A stretch of 64,000 nt of DNA from a virus. Its lineage: Duplodnaviria > Heunggongvirae > Uroviricota > Caudoviricetes. Under the pieces are notes generated by a model. The model was given only the letters and a program-made list of their open reading frames with translations. It made no database searches and was not told the origin of the DNA. The number at the start of each line of letters is the position of its first letter. Within the stretch, counting starts at the first letter, position 1. Both the position numbers and the translations under genes were made by a program. Below are positions 1 to 11,400 of the stretch, one piece after another. The stretch is from IMG/VR virus record IMGVR_UViG_2700988907_000001. One strand, given 5' to 3'.

Positions 1-573
1 GCAAACCAATTGCTTACAGCAATTTCTGAACTTACTAATGAAGTAAGAGAATTACGTGGAACATTAGGTACAGATAAAGACGGTAAAACTGTTAATGTAC
101 AAAAAGATAATTATGCAGCAGGTCAACAAACATCTGCACAAGCAGAATCAGATTCAGACCATAAAAGAATTAAAGCAGATGAAGAAAATGGTAAATATGC
201 TGGAGATAAAGAAATCGACGGCAAAGGTTCATATAACCATGACAAAAAAGTTCCAGCTGGTAAAGATGATGGTACAGTAGAAAACGAACCAGAATCACAA
301 TCTGGTAAAACAGCTTATTATGATGGTTCATTGCCAGAAGATATTCCTGGAGAACAAAACGGAGAAGATGGAAAACAAGGACGTGTTCAAGAAGATAAAG
401 ACACTTCTTCTAGTCAAACAGGCTCACAAGACGACACATCTTCATCTTCTACATCTGAAAAACAAGATGATAAAACACAATCTGACAGCACTTCAACAAG
501 TCAAGGCGAAGGACGTTCTATTTCGTTCGCAGAAGCACAAAGACGAATTGAAGAATTACGTGGAGGTAAGTAA
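1..573 (+). CDS. 5'-truncated acidic, low-complexity head protein; C-terminal part of a scaffolding protein or prohead protease
   Basis: Frame is open from nt 1, so the gene starts upstream of the window. The product is D/E/S/T/G/K-rich, and the stop overlaps the capsid gene start (..GGK* then ATG at 576). The call rests on its position immediately 5' of the major capsid gene. Confidence 0.4.
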   Translation, partial: ANQLLTAISELTNEVRELRGTLGTDKDGKTVNVQKDNYAAGQQTSAQAESDSDHKRIKADEENGKYAGDKEIDGKGSYNHDKKVPAGKDDGTVENEPESQSGKTAYYDGSLPEDIPGEQNGEDGKQGRVQEDKDTSSSQTGSQDDTSSSSTSEKQDDKTQSDSTSTSQGEGRSISFAEAQRRIEELRGGK

Positions 574-575
574 TA

Positions 576-1736
576 ATGGAATTAAAAGAGCTTAGAGAAC
601 AACGTAACAGCTTGTTAGACAAAATGGACGAAATTACTTACAAAGTGAATGAAAATGGCACTGGTAAGGAATCACGCAATTTAACAAGCAAAGAATCAGA
701 AGAATTTGAAAAACTAGTAAATGAAGTAAGAACAATTGATTCACAAATTAATGAATTAAAAAATACAAAAGGACAAAAAGTGGAGGAAAGAGAAATGGCA
801 GACAATAAATTAGTAGAACAACGTTCCGCTTTAAACTCATTCATTCGTAACGATAGAAAAGGTTTAGAGGAACGTGCTCAATATGTAAACACAACAAATG
901 ATGGCGATGTTTTAATCCCAGAACAAATCGCTGATGAAATCTTACGTAAAATGGAAGAAGCGTCTCCAGTATTCGAACAAGCTCGTAAATACCCATCAGT
1001 TAATGGTACTTTGAAAATCGCTAAAGAAAATACTGACGACCAAGCAGGTTTCGTTGGAGAAAACGAAGAAATTCCAAGTATCGCATTAAAATTCAAACAT
1101 GTTACTTTAACTCAAAAACGTGTTGGTGCAGCAGTTACTTTAACTCAACAATTGTTAAACGATTCTGCAATGGATTTATTAAGTTATTCAGCTGACCTTT
1201 TAGCACGTCGTACAGTTCGTGCAGTTGAAAAATCAATCTTTAAAGGTTTAGGTCAAGAAAGAGGATTCGTAGGTATTTTACCTAACGAAGTAACTGATTC
1301 AGAAGATTTAAACAAAGTAAAAATTTCTCCAAACGTTACTGTAGATGAATTAGCTGACATTACTGGTTCATTAAATCCATCTTACTTAGACGGTGCAGCT
1401 TTCTACATGTCACGTGAAGTATTCAACGGAATCCGTAAATTGAAAGACGGTACAGGAGATTTCTTATTACAAAATGGTACAGTCAATGGTGTTATTGGTT
1501 CTACTATTTTAGGTTTCCCTGTATACGTATCTGATGTTTTAGATAAAAAAGACGGAATCATCTTTGGCAACATTGGTGCTGCTTATGGTATCATGGTTAA
1601 ACAAGGATTCTCTCTTAAACATGTTAACGGAGATACACAACAAACATTAAATGGTACACAATTACTAGCTTTCGACGGTTATATGGACGGTAACGTTATT
1701 AACCCAGAAGCTATTACACTTGCAAATACTAAGTAA
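576..1736 (+). CDS. Major capsid protein, HK97 fold with N-terminal coiled-coil delta domain
   Basis: 386 aa. The N-terminal ~100 aa are charged and coiled-coil (MELKELREQRNSLLDKMDEI...). A Gly-rich core follows (...GTLKIAKEN...AFYMSREVFNG...) that is typical of the Phage_capsid/HK97 gp5 family. RBS GGAGG lies upstream. Confidence 0.8.
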   Translation: MELKELREQRNSLLDKMDEITYKVNENGTGKESRNLTSKESEEFEKLVNEVRTIDSQINELKNTKGQKVEEREMADNKLVEQRSALNSFIRNDRKGLEERAQYVNTTNDGDVLIPEQIADEILRKMEEASPVFEQARKYPSVNGTLKIAKENTDDQAGFVGENEEIPSIALKFKHVTLTQKRVGAAVTLTQQLLNDSAMDLLSYSADLLARRTVRAVEKSIFKGLGQERGFVGILPNEVTDSEDLNKVKISPNVTVDELADITGSLNPSYLDGAAFYMSREVFNGIRKLKDGTGDFLLQNGTVNGVIGSTILGFPVYVSDVLDKKDGIIFGNIGAAYGIMVKQGFSLKHVNGDTQQTLNGTQLLAFDGYMDGNVINPEAITLANTK

Positions 1737-1749
1737 TTGTAGTATAGAC

Positions 1750-1774
1750 GACGAGAAGGTTTTACTTTCTCGTC
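1750..1774 (+). terminator. Stem-loop downstream of capsid gene (gacgagaa-ggttttact-ttctcgtc)
   Basis: Perfect 8-bp inverted repeat directly after the capsid stop. The following T-run is weak, so this may be an attenuator rather than a full terminator. Confidence 0.35.
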
Positions 1775-1803
1775 ATATACATATTTGAAGGGAGAAGGTA
1801 AAA

Positions 1804-2028
1804 ATGTTAAGAGTTTTATTCTTCCAAGATACTTACTTATCTGATTATAACACAGCTAGGAGAGTAGGTCAAGAAATAGACCTGCAATTTGATATGGCTT
1901 ACGAACTTTACAGAGAAGGTAAGGCAGATATTTTAAACCCATATTATAACAAAGATTTATTTAAAGATATAGAAAGATACGATAAAGATTGGGAAAGATT
2001 TATAAGATTAGAGGGGGATAGACCATGA
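1804..2028 (+). CDS. Hypothetical small head-module protein
   Basis: 74-aa ORF with RBS (gaagggagaaggtaaaaATG). Its stop overlaps the next gene start (ATGA). Confidence 0.4.
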   Translation: MLRVLFFQDTYLSDYNTARRVGQEIDLQFDMAYELYREGKADILNPYYNKDLFKDIERYDKDWERFIRLEGDRP

Positions 2029-2528
2029 CCGATTCACTAGAATTAAACTATGTGAAAAATTATCTCCGTGTTGATTATGACGAAGAACAAGAAGATAAAT
2101 TTATACAAATGTGTATAACTGCTTCACGTTCTTTTGTAGAAACCTATATGAATAGGTCTCTTAGCGATTTCAACGAAGATGGTAGTTATCCAGCTGAAAT
2201 AGATATTGCAAGACTTAACGTTATATCGCAGTGGTATGACACTAGAACTATAATGTCTCCACGTTCAAACGTTAAAGAAATGGAATATGTATTTGCAGGA
2301 TTGCTAGACCCACACAGATATTGGAACTTTGCATTTATTGATGGAATGCAAGAAAGTGGTCTTGGAGATTTATCAAATATCTTTTATGACAAATCAGCTA
2401 ACAGATTCTATAGAGCACAACAAGTTGATACTTATACAGCATTAACTGGAGAAGACAATACTAATGTTCCTAATACAGGATTTTATAAACCTGTAAATGA
2501 AGTTGATTATAATCAAAGGGGGAAATAG
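2025..2528 (+). CDS. Head-tail connector / adaptor protein (gp6-like, Phage_connect_1)
   Basis: N-terminus MTDSLELNYVKNYLRVDYDEEQEDKFIQMCITASRSFVETY matches the 'LELVKxHLRIDxDDEDxLIxxLIxAAxxY' signature of gp6-like head-tail adaptors. Confidence 0.7.
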   Translation: MTDSLELNYVKNYLRVDYDEEQEDKFIQMCITASRSFVETYMNRSLSDFNEDGSYPAEIDIARLNVISQWYDTRTIMSPRSNVKEMEYVFAGLLDPHRYWNFAFIDGMQESGLGDLSNIFYDKSANRFYRAQQVDTYTALTGEDNTNVPNTGFYKPVNEVDYNQRGK

Positions 2529-2531
2529 ATA

Positions 2532-2867
2532 ATGCCTTTGTTAAATGATGCTGGAAAATTAAATCAACGTTGTACTTTTTATTCTATGCAAGAAGTTGAA
2601 ACTATAAGAGGTAACACCAAAACTGTAGAAAAAGAAGAATTTTCTTGTTGGTGTACTATTAGACAAGCTAGAATAAGTGAAGTTCAAGCTGCTATAGGAA
2701 CTGAACATATAAATAGACAAACTCTTATCGTTAGAAGACAGCAAAGAAAAGAGATAAAAAACGATTGGACTGTAAAAGTAAAAGGTCAAATGTTCGATAT
2801 AGTAAGTGTTGTACCAGATTATGAAACAGAAATGCACGACATGATTGTTCTAAAGGAAAAACATTAA
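2532..2867 (+). CDS. Head closure / head-tail joining protein
   Basis: 111 aa; size and position between adaptor and tail completion genes. Translationally coupled (stop TAATG). Confidence 0.45.
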   Translation: MPLLNDAGKLNQRCTFYSMQEVETIRGNTKTVEKEEFSCWCTIRQARISEVQAAIGTEHINRQTLIVRRQQRKEIKNDWTVKVKGQMFDIVSVVPDYETEMHDMIVLKEKH

Positions 2868-3283
2868 TGGCTAAAGATGGAACAATAATAACAATCAAAG
2901 ATTCTGGTATTTCTGATGAGTTAGCGAGATTGGCACGAAATGTACCTAAAGTTAGAAATAAAGCGTTAAGAGAAGGTGCTAAACAGTTTGCCGAAGAAGT
3001 AGAAGCTGTGACACCCGTAGGACCACCACGTTCGTCAAATAAATATGGTGGTAAATGGTATTCTACTGTTCATATGAAAGATGACGTAAAATATCAAAAA
3101 CTACAAGACGAAAGATATATTGTGGGATATGGTAAAGCTACTGGTTGGCGCGCTCATTTTATTAACGATGGTACTATATATATACAACCAACATTCTTTT
3201 TTAATAAAGTGGTAGATGCTAAACTAGGTAACTCATATACAACTATAGAAAATATATTAAGAAGAGAGTTGTTTATGAAATGA
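2867..3283 (+). CDS. Tail completion / neck protein (HK97 gp10-like position)
   Basis: 138 aa; syntenic position. Stop overlaps next start (ATGA). Confidence 0.4.
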   Translation: MAKDGTIITIKDSGISDELARLARNVPKVRNKALREGAKQFAEEVEAVTPVGPPRSSNKYGGKWYSTVHMKDDVKYQKLQDERYIVGYGKATGWRAHFINDGTIYIQPTFFFNKVVDAKLGNSYTTIENILRRELFMK

Positions 3284-3669
3284 TTAGTGTTCAATTATCA
3301 GTAAAATTAAAAAGACTTGTAGCTGAACAAGTAAAAGATATTATACCATCAAAACATGTCTATCTATATAATATTCCAGAAGATGTTGATAGATTAAAAA
3401 CATTACCGTTTGTTCGTATTAATCATATAACTTCGACAGCAACAACACATTCTAGTAACGATATTAATTTCACTAGAGAGCGTTATCAAATTCAATTCTT
3501 CTTTGATGATGAAGATGAAAGAGATATAGAAGGAATGATTATAAAAACAGACAAACAATTAAGACAACATGGTTTTTATTATTCAACGGGATATGATGGG
3601 TATGACCCAGATTTAGAAGGAGTAATAACTGTCACACGACAGTATAATTATAGAAATAAAACAGATTAA
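3280..3669 (+). CDS. Tail terminator / neck protein
   Basis: 129 aa; lies immediately upstream of the major tail protein gene. Confidence 0.35.
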   Translation: MISVQLSVKLKRLVAEQVKDIIPSKHVYLYNIPEDVDRLKTLPFVRINHITSTATTHSSNDINFTRERYQIQFFFDDEDERDIEGMIIKTDKQLRQHGFYYSTGYDGYDPDLEGVITVTRQYNYRNKTD

Positions 3670-3692
3670 AAATATATAGGAGGAAATATAAT

Positions 3693-4361
3693 ATGGCATC
3701 AACAATTGGATTTAAGCGTGCGACTTTCTTTATTTATGATAAAGATGATAAAGTTGAAGACACTTATGTAGTAGAAGGTAAAGCAAATAAAGGTGGTACT
3801 ACAGAGGCTAGTATCTCTGGTTTATCAGCAGAAGCTGTTAAAGTATACGCTTCAAACGTTGCATACTATGTTGCACAACGTGGTACTGGTTCAGTAGAAC
3901 TATCACTATCTATTTTAGATATTACAGATGTATTAGCTGCACGTTTATTAGGACGTACAGAAAACGAAGACGGTATTTATTTAGTAGGAGAAAATACAGA
4001 GCCACCATACGCTGGAGTTCTTATGGAATCAGCAGCACTTGACGGACAACCTATTTTCTTTGCATTGTTAAAAGGTAAATTCCGTTTAGATGAACAAAAC
4101 TTAGCAACAAACGAAGACGAATTATCTGAACCAGAAGCAGACGAATTAGAAGGTCAATTCGTAGCAGATGCTCATGGTAATACTTATGCAACTGCTCGTG
4201 GCGAAGATAAACGAGAAGCATTAAAACAATTATTCTACAATATTGCTGGAGACGGTTCAGAAAACACTAACTCTACTCCATCTGGTCGATTAGTAGATGA
4301 TAGTGAAAAACATGATGAAACTCCAGTAGCAGATTCAGAAGAAACTACTGACACTCCCTAA
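3693..4361 (+). CDS. Major tail protein
   Basis: 222 aa with strong RBS (taggaggaaatataatATG). The N-terminal beta-rich region (MASTIGFKRATFFIYDKDDK...) and acidic C-terminal tail are typical of siphovirus major tail proteins of Staphylococcus and Streptococcus phages. Confidence 0.7.
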   Translation: MASTIGFKRATFFIYDKDDKVEDTYVVEGKANKGGTTEASISGLSAEAVKVYASNVAYYVAQRGTGSVELSLSILDITDVLAARLLGRTENEDGIYLVGENTEPPYAGVLMESAALDGQPIFFALLKGKFRLDEQNLATNEDELSEPEADELEGQFVADAHGNTYATARGEDKREALKQLFYNIAGDGSENTNSTPSGRLVDDSEKHDETPVADSEETTDTP

Positions 4362-4408
4362 GAATGTCTCTGTATCAGCCAGAACAGATTCAGCAATAGT
4401 CGATGCAG

Positions 4409-4434
4409 AGTAATTTTTCAGCCCCTTAATTTGG
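4409..4434 (+). terminator. Stem-loop after major tail gene (agcccc-ttaatt-tggggct)
   Basis: Inverted repeat followed by a T-rich tract. Partial termination after an abundant structural gene is common in phages. Confidence 0.35.
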
Positions 4435-4470
4435 GGCTTATACATATTTAAATAAAGGAGAAGATTATTT

Positions 4471-4815
4471 ATGGCTAAAGAAGTAACAATTAAATTAGAA
4501 GACGAGAAAGGTAAAGTACAAGAATACAAAGCAGGTAAAATTATGGCTCGTACTACACGAGATGCTATGAAGATGTACTCAAAATTAGAAGAAGTAGATA
4601 AGAACGGTAATCCAGTAGTATCAGAAGCAGAATCTTTTGACATGATGATTGATTTAGTAGCAAACTCTATTTTCAAAAAGAATGACGAAGTAACAGAAGA
4701 CACTATTCTTGACGGATTAACTTCTGATGAAGTTGCTACTGTACTACAAGAAGTAATCATGTCTGCTATGGGTATTTCAGACGAAGACGTCGAAGAAGCT
4801 AAAGAGGGAAAGTAG
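4471..4815 (+). CDS. Tail assembly chaperone (G-like)
   Basis: 114-aa acidic protein between the major tail and tape measure genes. It ends in the slippery heptamer GGGAAAG. Confidence 0.6.
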   Translation: MAKEVTIKLEDEKGKVQEYKAGKIMARTTRDAMKMYSKLEEVDKNGNPVVSEAESFDMMIDLVANSIFKKNDEVTEDTILDGLTSDEVATVLQEVIMSAMGISDEDVEEAKEGK

Positions 4816-5054
4816 AAACATTTTCCTGGACAAAGACGTATTACCAATATAATGAAATGATTGGTACATTAATAAAAGATTATGGTTTTCGTTGGTCTGA
4901 TTTTGATGATATGACTGACGAAGACTTGCACGATATTGTAAATGCAAAAGCAGAATACAAAAAGAAAAGACAACAAAACCAAGAAAACAAACAAAACAAC
5001 GTTTCTCCAGAAAATTCTTTGGAGGCTTTCTTGAAATCAAACGGATTACTATAA
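4471..5054 (+). CDS. Tail assembly chaperone GT-like fusion product via -1 frameshift at 4806-4812
   Basis: After slippage the -1 frame reads GKVETFSWTKTYYQYNEMIGTLIKDYGFRWSDFDD... and continues to the stop at 5052-5054. This is the canonical G/GT arrangement upstream of the tape measure gene. Confidence 0.5.
4806..4812 (+). promoter_or_regulatory. Programmed -1 ribosomal frameshift slippery site G_GGA_AAG
   Basis: The heptamer GGGAAAG sits in the X_XXY_YYZ register of the chaperone frame, 1 codon before its stop. The -1 frame stays open to 5054. Confidence 0.55.
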
Positions 5055-5068
5055 ATAAAAATAATAGG

Positions 5069-5117
5069 AGGGGTAAGGTATCTAACAAACAGATACTTTG
5101 CCCCTGTTTATTTTTTT
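5069..5117. terminator. Bidirectional rho-independent terminator
   Basis: Stem aggggtaaggtatc / gatactttgcccct, followed by a T8 run on the plus strand and preceded by an A-rich run that serves the minus strand. It sits between the convergent GT gene and the minus-strand ORF 5152-5373. Confidence 0.55.
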
Positions 5118-5151
5118 GTATAATTTAAGACAATAAAAGGTAGATTTTACG

Positions 5152-5373
5152 TTAACAATGTTCGGATTCTGGTTCTTCAACAGTAATGATTTCATAGTCT
5201 TTTACAACAAAAGACGAATTATCAGCGAATCTTTTAGCGTCTTGTTCGATATTAAACCATACAGCATCAATAATATTTGTTATCCAACGTTTGTTGCCGT
5301 TATCATCAACACCAAAGTATAAATATTCTCCATTGAGTTTTTTATAACCAATTACATAAAAATCAGTAAACAT
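5152..5373 (-). CDS. Antisense moron gene inside tail operon (73-aa soluble protein of unknown function)
   Basis: Good RBS (aaagaaagaggttttaATG). An extended -10 promoter (TGcTATAAT) lies about 25 nt upstream on the minus strand, and its own terminator (5069-5117) lies downstream. It is the only minus-strand gene in the 26-kb plus-strand late operon. Confidence 0.5.
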   Translation of the reverse strand: MFTDFYVIGYKKLNGEYLYFGVDDNGNKRWITNIIDAVWFNIEQDAKRFADNSSFVVKDYEIITVEEPESEHC

Positions 5374-5471
5374 TTTAAAACCTCTTTCTTTAATTTGTTA
5401 ACTTTATTATAGCATACATATTTATATTGTCAACACATTTATACATATTTTTTATAAGGAGTGAAAAACAC

Positions 5472-8400
5472 ATGCCAGCTAATGGAAAGGTCGTTGGTAA
5501 ATTAGTCGCACAGCTTGATTTACAAACAGCAGGATTTATGAAATCAACAACAGGCGTAAATAAAGCTATCAGACAAATTCGTTCCAACTTAAAAACATTA
5601 GACAAATTTTATAAAGCTAGTGGCGATGAAATGAATCGTCTTAACTCTAAATATAAACAATCCAAAATTTTAATGGAAACATATAAAGAAAAACTAAATG
5701 GGTTGAAAAAAGAGTTAAGTAGCTTAAAACCTAACACACAAGCGTTTATAAAGCAACAAAGTCAAATTAGACGTACAGAAGCAGACATGAAGCAATTAGA
5801 AGCTGAAATGAAAAACTATCGTAAGCAAATGCTTTATGTCAATTCATCTATAGACCAAGCAAATGCTAAATATAAATCTCACAAAGCAGTTCTTGAAGCA
5901 AATAGAAAAATTGCTGTTGCTCAAGGAAATGCTGAAAAGAAATTAAGATACGATAAGAAATTAATGGCAGCTCAGATTCAAAGAAACAACGAGGTATTAA
6001 AAGGAGAACGAGTAATACTTGGTAGAATACGTTCAACTTTAGGTATCACAAGCAATGAATATAAAGAACAAGCTGCTAAAGTTAAACAGTTAAAAGCAGA
6101 AAATGTCGGATTAACTGCTTCAATGAAATCAGTCAACAGACAAATGTTGGCATATAGAGCATCACAAAAAAATATGAACGCTGGATTAAATCGTAGCTTG
6201 AATTTTATGAAACAAAATAAAGCTGGTTTAATTGATGTAAGAAACAGTTTAATGGGTCTTACAGCAGCAGCTACAGGTGTAGCTTATCCGATTGCTAGAG
6301 CTTTTGGTGGAGCAATCAAGGCAACGGTACAATGGGAAGATGCTCAAGCAAATGTAGCAAAAACAACTAATGCTAGTAAAGAACAGATGAAAGACTATTC
6401 TGATAGTATTAGAAGTATGGCTAAACAAATGCCAGAATCACAAGCAGAAATTGCAAATACTATGGCAATGGCTGCACAATTAGGTGTTAAGAACCTAAAA
6501 GGCTTTACTAAAGTTGCTACACAAATGAGTGTTGCTACAGATATGACAGCAGAAGATGCAGCAACAAGTATGGCAAGATTTGCGAACGCTACAGGTAAAC
6601 CTAATTCAGATTTCAAAAAATTAGGTAGTACAGTTGTTCAATTAGGTAACAATATGGCGACGCAAGAATCTACTCTTATGAATTTTGCACAGCGTCTTGC
6701 AGGTACAGCAACAGTAGTTGGAGTAAGCCAAAAAGATATTATGGCGCTATCAGCAGCTATGGCTTCAGTTGGTATTAACGCTGAATCCGGTGGCTCTGCA
6801 ATGTCTAAAGTTCTTACTAAAATGAACAATGCTGTTAAAGACGGTGGGGAGAAACTGCAAGGGTTTGCAAAAGTGGCAGGAATGTCTGGTCAAGAATTTG
6901 CTGAAGTATGGAAAAAAGACCCATATCAAGCAGTACAACAATTTGAGAAAGGCTTAGCTGACCAAAACAAGCAAGGTAAAAATGTTAAAGCAATGCTTAA
7001 AGATTTAGGTATTACTGAATTACGTGAAACTGATACAGTATTACGTTTAGCCAACGGTCATGAACAATTAGACAATGCTAGAAAAAATGCTAACAAAGGT
7101 TATAAAGAAGGTAACGCATTATCTAAAGAGGCAGAAACTAAGTATAAAACTTTAGGAAATCAAATGAAAATCTTTATGAACCATGTTAGAGATTTAGGTA
7201 TTTCTTTAGGTTCAGCACTTGCACCGGCATTAATTGGTATTATGAAAGTATTAACTCCTTTAGTTGATGCATTGGCTAAAGCGCCTACACCAATTAAAGC
7301 ATTTGTCGCAGCATTGGCACTGATTCCAGTTATTGCTGTCCCAGTATTGGGTGTAGCAGCAGCTATTACAGGTGCTATGGGATTAGTCGGACAATCAATG
7401 TTGGTAGCAGAAAAGGCGGCAATGTCAAGTTCCAGAGGATTAAGATTCTTTGTAGCTACACAAAAATTGATGTTTAGCCCTATTAAGACTACTACACAAA
7501 TGTTACAAAATTTAGCAGCAAGTTTCGGAAGAACTGGAAAAGCTAGCAAAGTAATGGCAGCAGAAACTGTCGCTTCTGAAAAGGCAGTAGAAGCGTCAAG
7601 TGTAGGAATGAGCCGAGTAGCTAGAAACTCTAACACAGCTAGTAAATCTATGCAAGGTGCAGGAGTTGCTATGGCTTCAACAGGTAAAAAAGCATCATTT
7701 ACTAGTAAATTATTTGGCGGTTTGAAAAAAGTTATTGGTCCACTTATCGGAATGGGCGGATTACTTACAGCTGCATTTGAGGCTTTAGCCGCAGTGATAG
7801 GAGCTCTTTCAGCGCCGATACTAGCAATTGTAGCCGCAGTTGCCGCAGTAGGTGTTGCATTTGTAGTTGCTTATAAGAAAGTAAAATGGTTTAGAGACGG
7901 AATCAACGGACTTGTTTATGTTCTTAAAGTTTTTGCAGGCGGAATAGTATCAAGTACAGTTAATGGAATTAAGTCTCTTGGACGTTGGTTCGGTTGGCTT
8001 GGTGGAATTGTTAAAGATAAAGCAACTTCTGCTATTAAGTCTTGGTGGAAATCTTTACCACAAGACAGCGACATTAAACAACAAGTTAAGGCTGTTCAAT
8101 CTGTAGGAAACAGTTTTAAAAACGTAATGAAAACATTAGGAACTGCTACACACAAAGCGACGGATGTTTCAAACGTTTTAGGTAAAGGTGTTTCTAAAGG
8201 AACTAAACAAGCATTAAATAATTTCGTTGATTATTCAGAGAAATCTGATAAAATATTAGCTGAGATTAAAAATAATCACGGTAGAATAACAACAGAAGAA
8301 AAAAATAAATTATTACAAATACAACAAGATACTACTAAAGATTTAATGTCAGAGTTTGAAAAGAGAGCTAAAGGTCAATTAGATATAGAACGTAAAGTTT

Positions 8401-11400
8401 TCTCTCAAAATAGTGGACTTTCAGAGAAACAAGAACAAGCTATCTTACAGAGAACTGAAAAACGTTTCAGTAAAAGTAAACAAAAATTAACGGAAATCAA
8501 CAAAGAAATTCAAGAACTTGTTAATAAACAAGCAAGAGATGGCAAATTAAGCGGCAAGGAAATGAAAAGACTTAACCAACTATACGACGAACAACGTAAG
8601 TTAGCTGTCGGAACTCTTTCTTCAACTGACAAAGAACAGAAACGTATTCTTTCAAGAATGTCAGCGAACAGAGAAGCATATAATGTTAAAGAAGCTCAAT
8701 CTATAGTAAAAGAAGCTATTAAGGCAAGAGATAATGCTAAAAAAGAAAATAAAAAACGATACGACCAAGAAGTAGACCATATTAATAGTATGACAGACTT
8801 ATCTAAAACTGAAAAAGAAAAAATGTTAAAAGATGCTGATGATAGATATAGAAAAGCTAATAAAAAAGCTGACGATAACCATAAGAAAGTTTTAGACGGC
8901 GTTAAGAAAAGCAACGAAGATATAGAAACAGAAATGGATTTATCTAACGGAAAAGTATACAGTAACGCAGAGAAATGGTGGGAAAAAACTAAGAAAGGTT
9001 TTGGCAATTTCTTTGGCGATATTGGAAAATCCTTCTCTGACATGGGTAAATCATGGAAGAAAAATTGGGATGAAATGATAAGTGATATATCTAGCGTTGA
9101 TTGGTCTGGTATGTGGGACGGTATTAAAAATACCGGTTCCAATATCGGTGGTTGGTTCTCTGAAAAAGGACAAGAATTTGCTAAATCATTTAAAGGCGGT
9201 TGGGATGAAACTGTCACTAGATTAGGAGATTTATGGTCTAAATTGAAAGGGACTGGTTCAAATCTAGGAACTTGGTTTGCTGAAAAAGGTCGACAATGGT
9301 ATACTGACTTTAAAGATAGTTGGGAAACAACTAAGCAAACAGCCGGAGATTTATGGCAAGGTCTTAAAAATACTGGAACAGGTTTAGGTCAATGGTTTGG
9401 TAAAAAAGGCGCACAGTGGTATAATAGTTTCAAAGATAGTTGGGAAACAACTAAGCAGACCGCAGGAGACCTTTGGGCTGGTATTAAAAATACTGGCGCT
9501 GGACTAGGCGAATGGTTTGGTCAAAAAGGAGCACAGTGGTATAATAATTTTAAAGGTCAATGGGACTTAACTAAATCTACTGCTGGAGACTTGTGGAATG
9601 GAATCAAATCGACAAGTGCTAATTTAGGTCAATGGTTCGGTCAAAAAGGAGCTCAATTATGGAATAGTTTGAAATCCGGTTGGACTACTGCGGTAACAAC
9701 TACAGGGAATCTTTGGGGAACTATTACTGGAAAAATGGCTGCTGGTTGGGAATCAGTTAAAGGTTGGTTCGCAACAAAAGGCGCTCAAATGGTGTCTGCA
9801 ATTGTTCAAGGCTGGAACTCTACTGTCCATATAGTAGGAGCTGCATTTGGCACTCTTTGGGGTACAGTAAAACGAATTTGGTCTGGAATGACTGGAACGA
9901 TAAGATATTGGTCTGGTGTCATTTGGGCTAGAGTTAAAACTGTCTTTGGCTGGATTGGTAATAAGATTGGCGGTTCTCTAGGCGCAGCTTGGAAAAGAAC
10001 GCAAATTATTTGGAAAGGTATTAAAGGCACTTTCACTTATTGGACTGGCGTTATATGGACTAGAGTTAAGACCGTATTCAATTGGATTAAAGGCAAGATA
10101 GGAAGCGCTTTAATGGGTGCTTGGAAATCAGCTCAAAGAATCTGGAAGGGTATGAAAGGTACATTTACCTACTGGACTGGAGCTATTTGGAATCGTGTCA
10201 AATCAGTATTTGGTTGGATTAAAAATCGTATTGGGTCAACATTAAATGGTACTTGGAAAATTGTACAACGTGTCTGGAAAGGAATCAAAGGCACGATAAC
10301 TTATTGGACAGGTGCTATCTGGAACAGAATCAAATCTATATTTGGCGCAATTAAAAACAGAATAAGTTCTGTAATGAACGCTGTTTGGAAGATTATGCAA
10401 AGAATATGGAAGGGCATTAAAGGAACAGTTACTTATTGGACAGGTGCTATTCTAGGAAGAGTTAAATCTATTTTTGGAAGTATGAGAAATACAATTTCAA
10501 AAATAATGAATAGAATCAAATCTATTATGAGCAATATTTGGCGCTCAATTAAAAGAAATAGTATTGATTTAATGACTGGTATGTGGAACAGAATCAAGAG
10601 CGTCTTCAACAATATGGTAGACGGTGTTAAAAGTTTTGGTTCGTCTGTGAAAAAACATATCGGCGACATGGTTGGTGGCGTTAAGAAAGGGCTTAATGGA
10701 TTAATCAAAGGTGTAAACTGGGTTGGTGGAAAATTAGGTATAGATAAAAAAATACCTACATTATCTACTGGTACAGAATCTACACATACACAAAACTTTG
10801 TTAGAAATGGCGCTATTAGCACACCAACTTTAGCAACAGTTAATGACAAAGGACCTGGTAATGGTACTGGTAGAAATGGACATCAAGAATTAATTCAACG
10901 TAAAAACGGTTCATTATTTGCACCACAAGGAAAAGATGTAGTAGTTCCATTAAATAAAGGCGATAAAGTTATTAATGGTAAAACTACTCAAAAAATGCGT
11001 AAACAAGGTCTTATTCCTAAGTTTTCTCGTGGTACTGATGAGGGAGACCTTGTCAGAAGAAGCATGTTAAAAGATGCAAAAAAAGCAAAACGTAAACAAA
11101 AAAGAAAACACAATCATAATCATGGTATAGACGCCGGAGAAATGATGGGTCAAGGCGGCATGGGCGGTGCTGCAAAAGAAGCATGGAAATATGTAGAAGA
11201 CAAAACCAAAAATATTGGTAAGAAAACTGGTAAAACAGTTTCATCATTGAGTAACGGCGCACAAAAAATGCTTAACACTTCTAAAGAAGCACTAGGTGCT
11301 GCTGGAGATTGGGCTAAGAAAAAAGCCGGAGACTTAATGGATTATGTTGGACATCCAGGCAAACTTTTACAAAAAGTAATGAGTGAGTTTGGTGCTGACT

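Noticed and set aside
95-595. ORFs 95-280 and 320-595 on the plus strand, overlapping the acidic head protein in other frames
   Set aside because: They are K/N/Q-rich translations of an A-rich coding region in the wrong frame. The in-frame acidic protein is contiguous from nt 1 and coupled to the capsid gene.
6395-7636. Three antisense ORFs (6395-6616, 6638-6829, 7160-7636 on the minus strand) inside the tape measure gene
   Set aside because: They lie fully inside the tape measure CDS on the opposite strand. Their translations are low-complexity Ala/Ile/Leu-rich, which is the antisense reading of the GC-richer Ala/Gly-coding region. They have no RBS.
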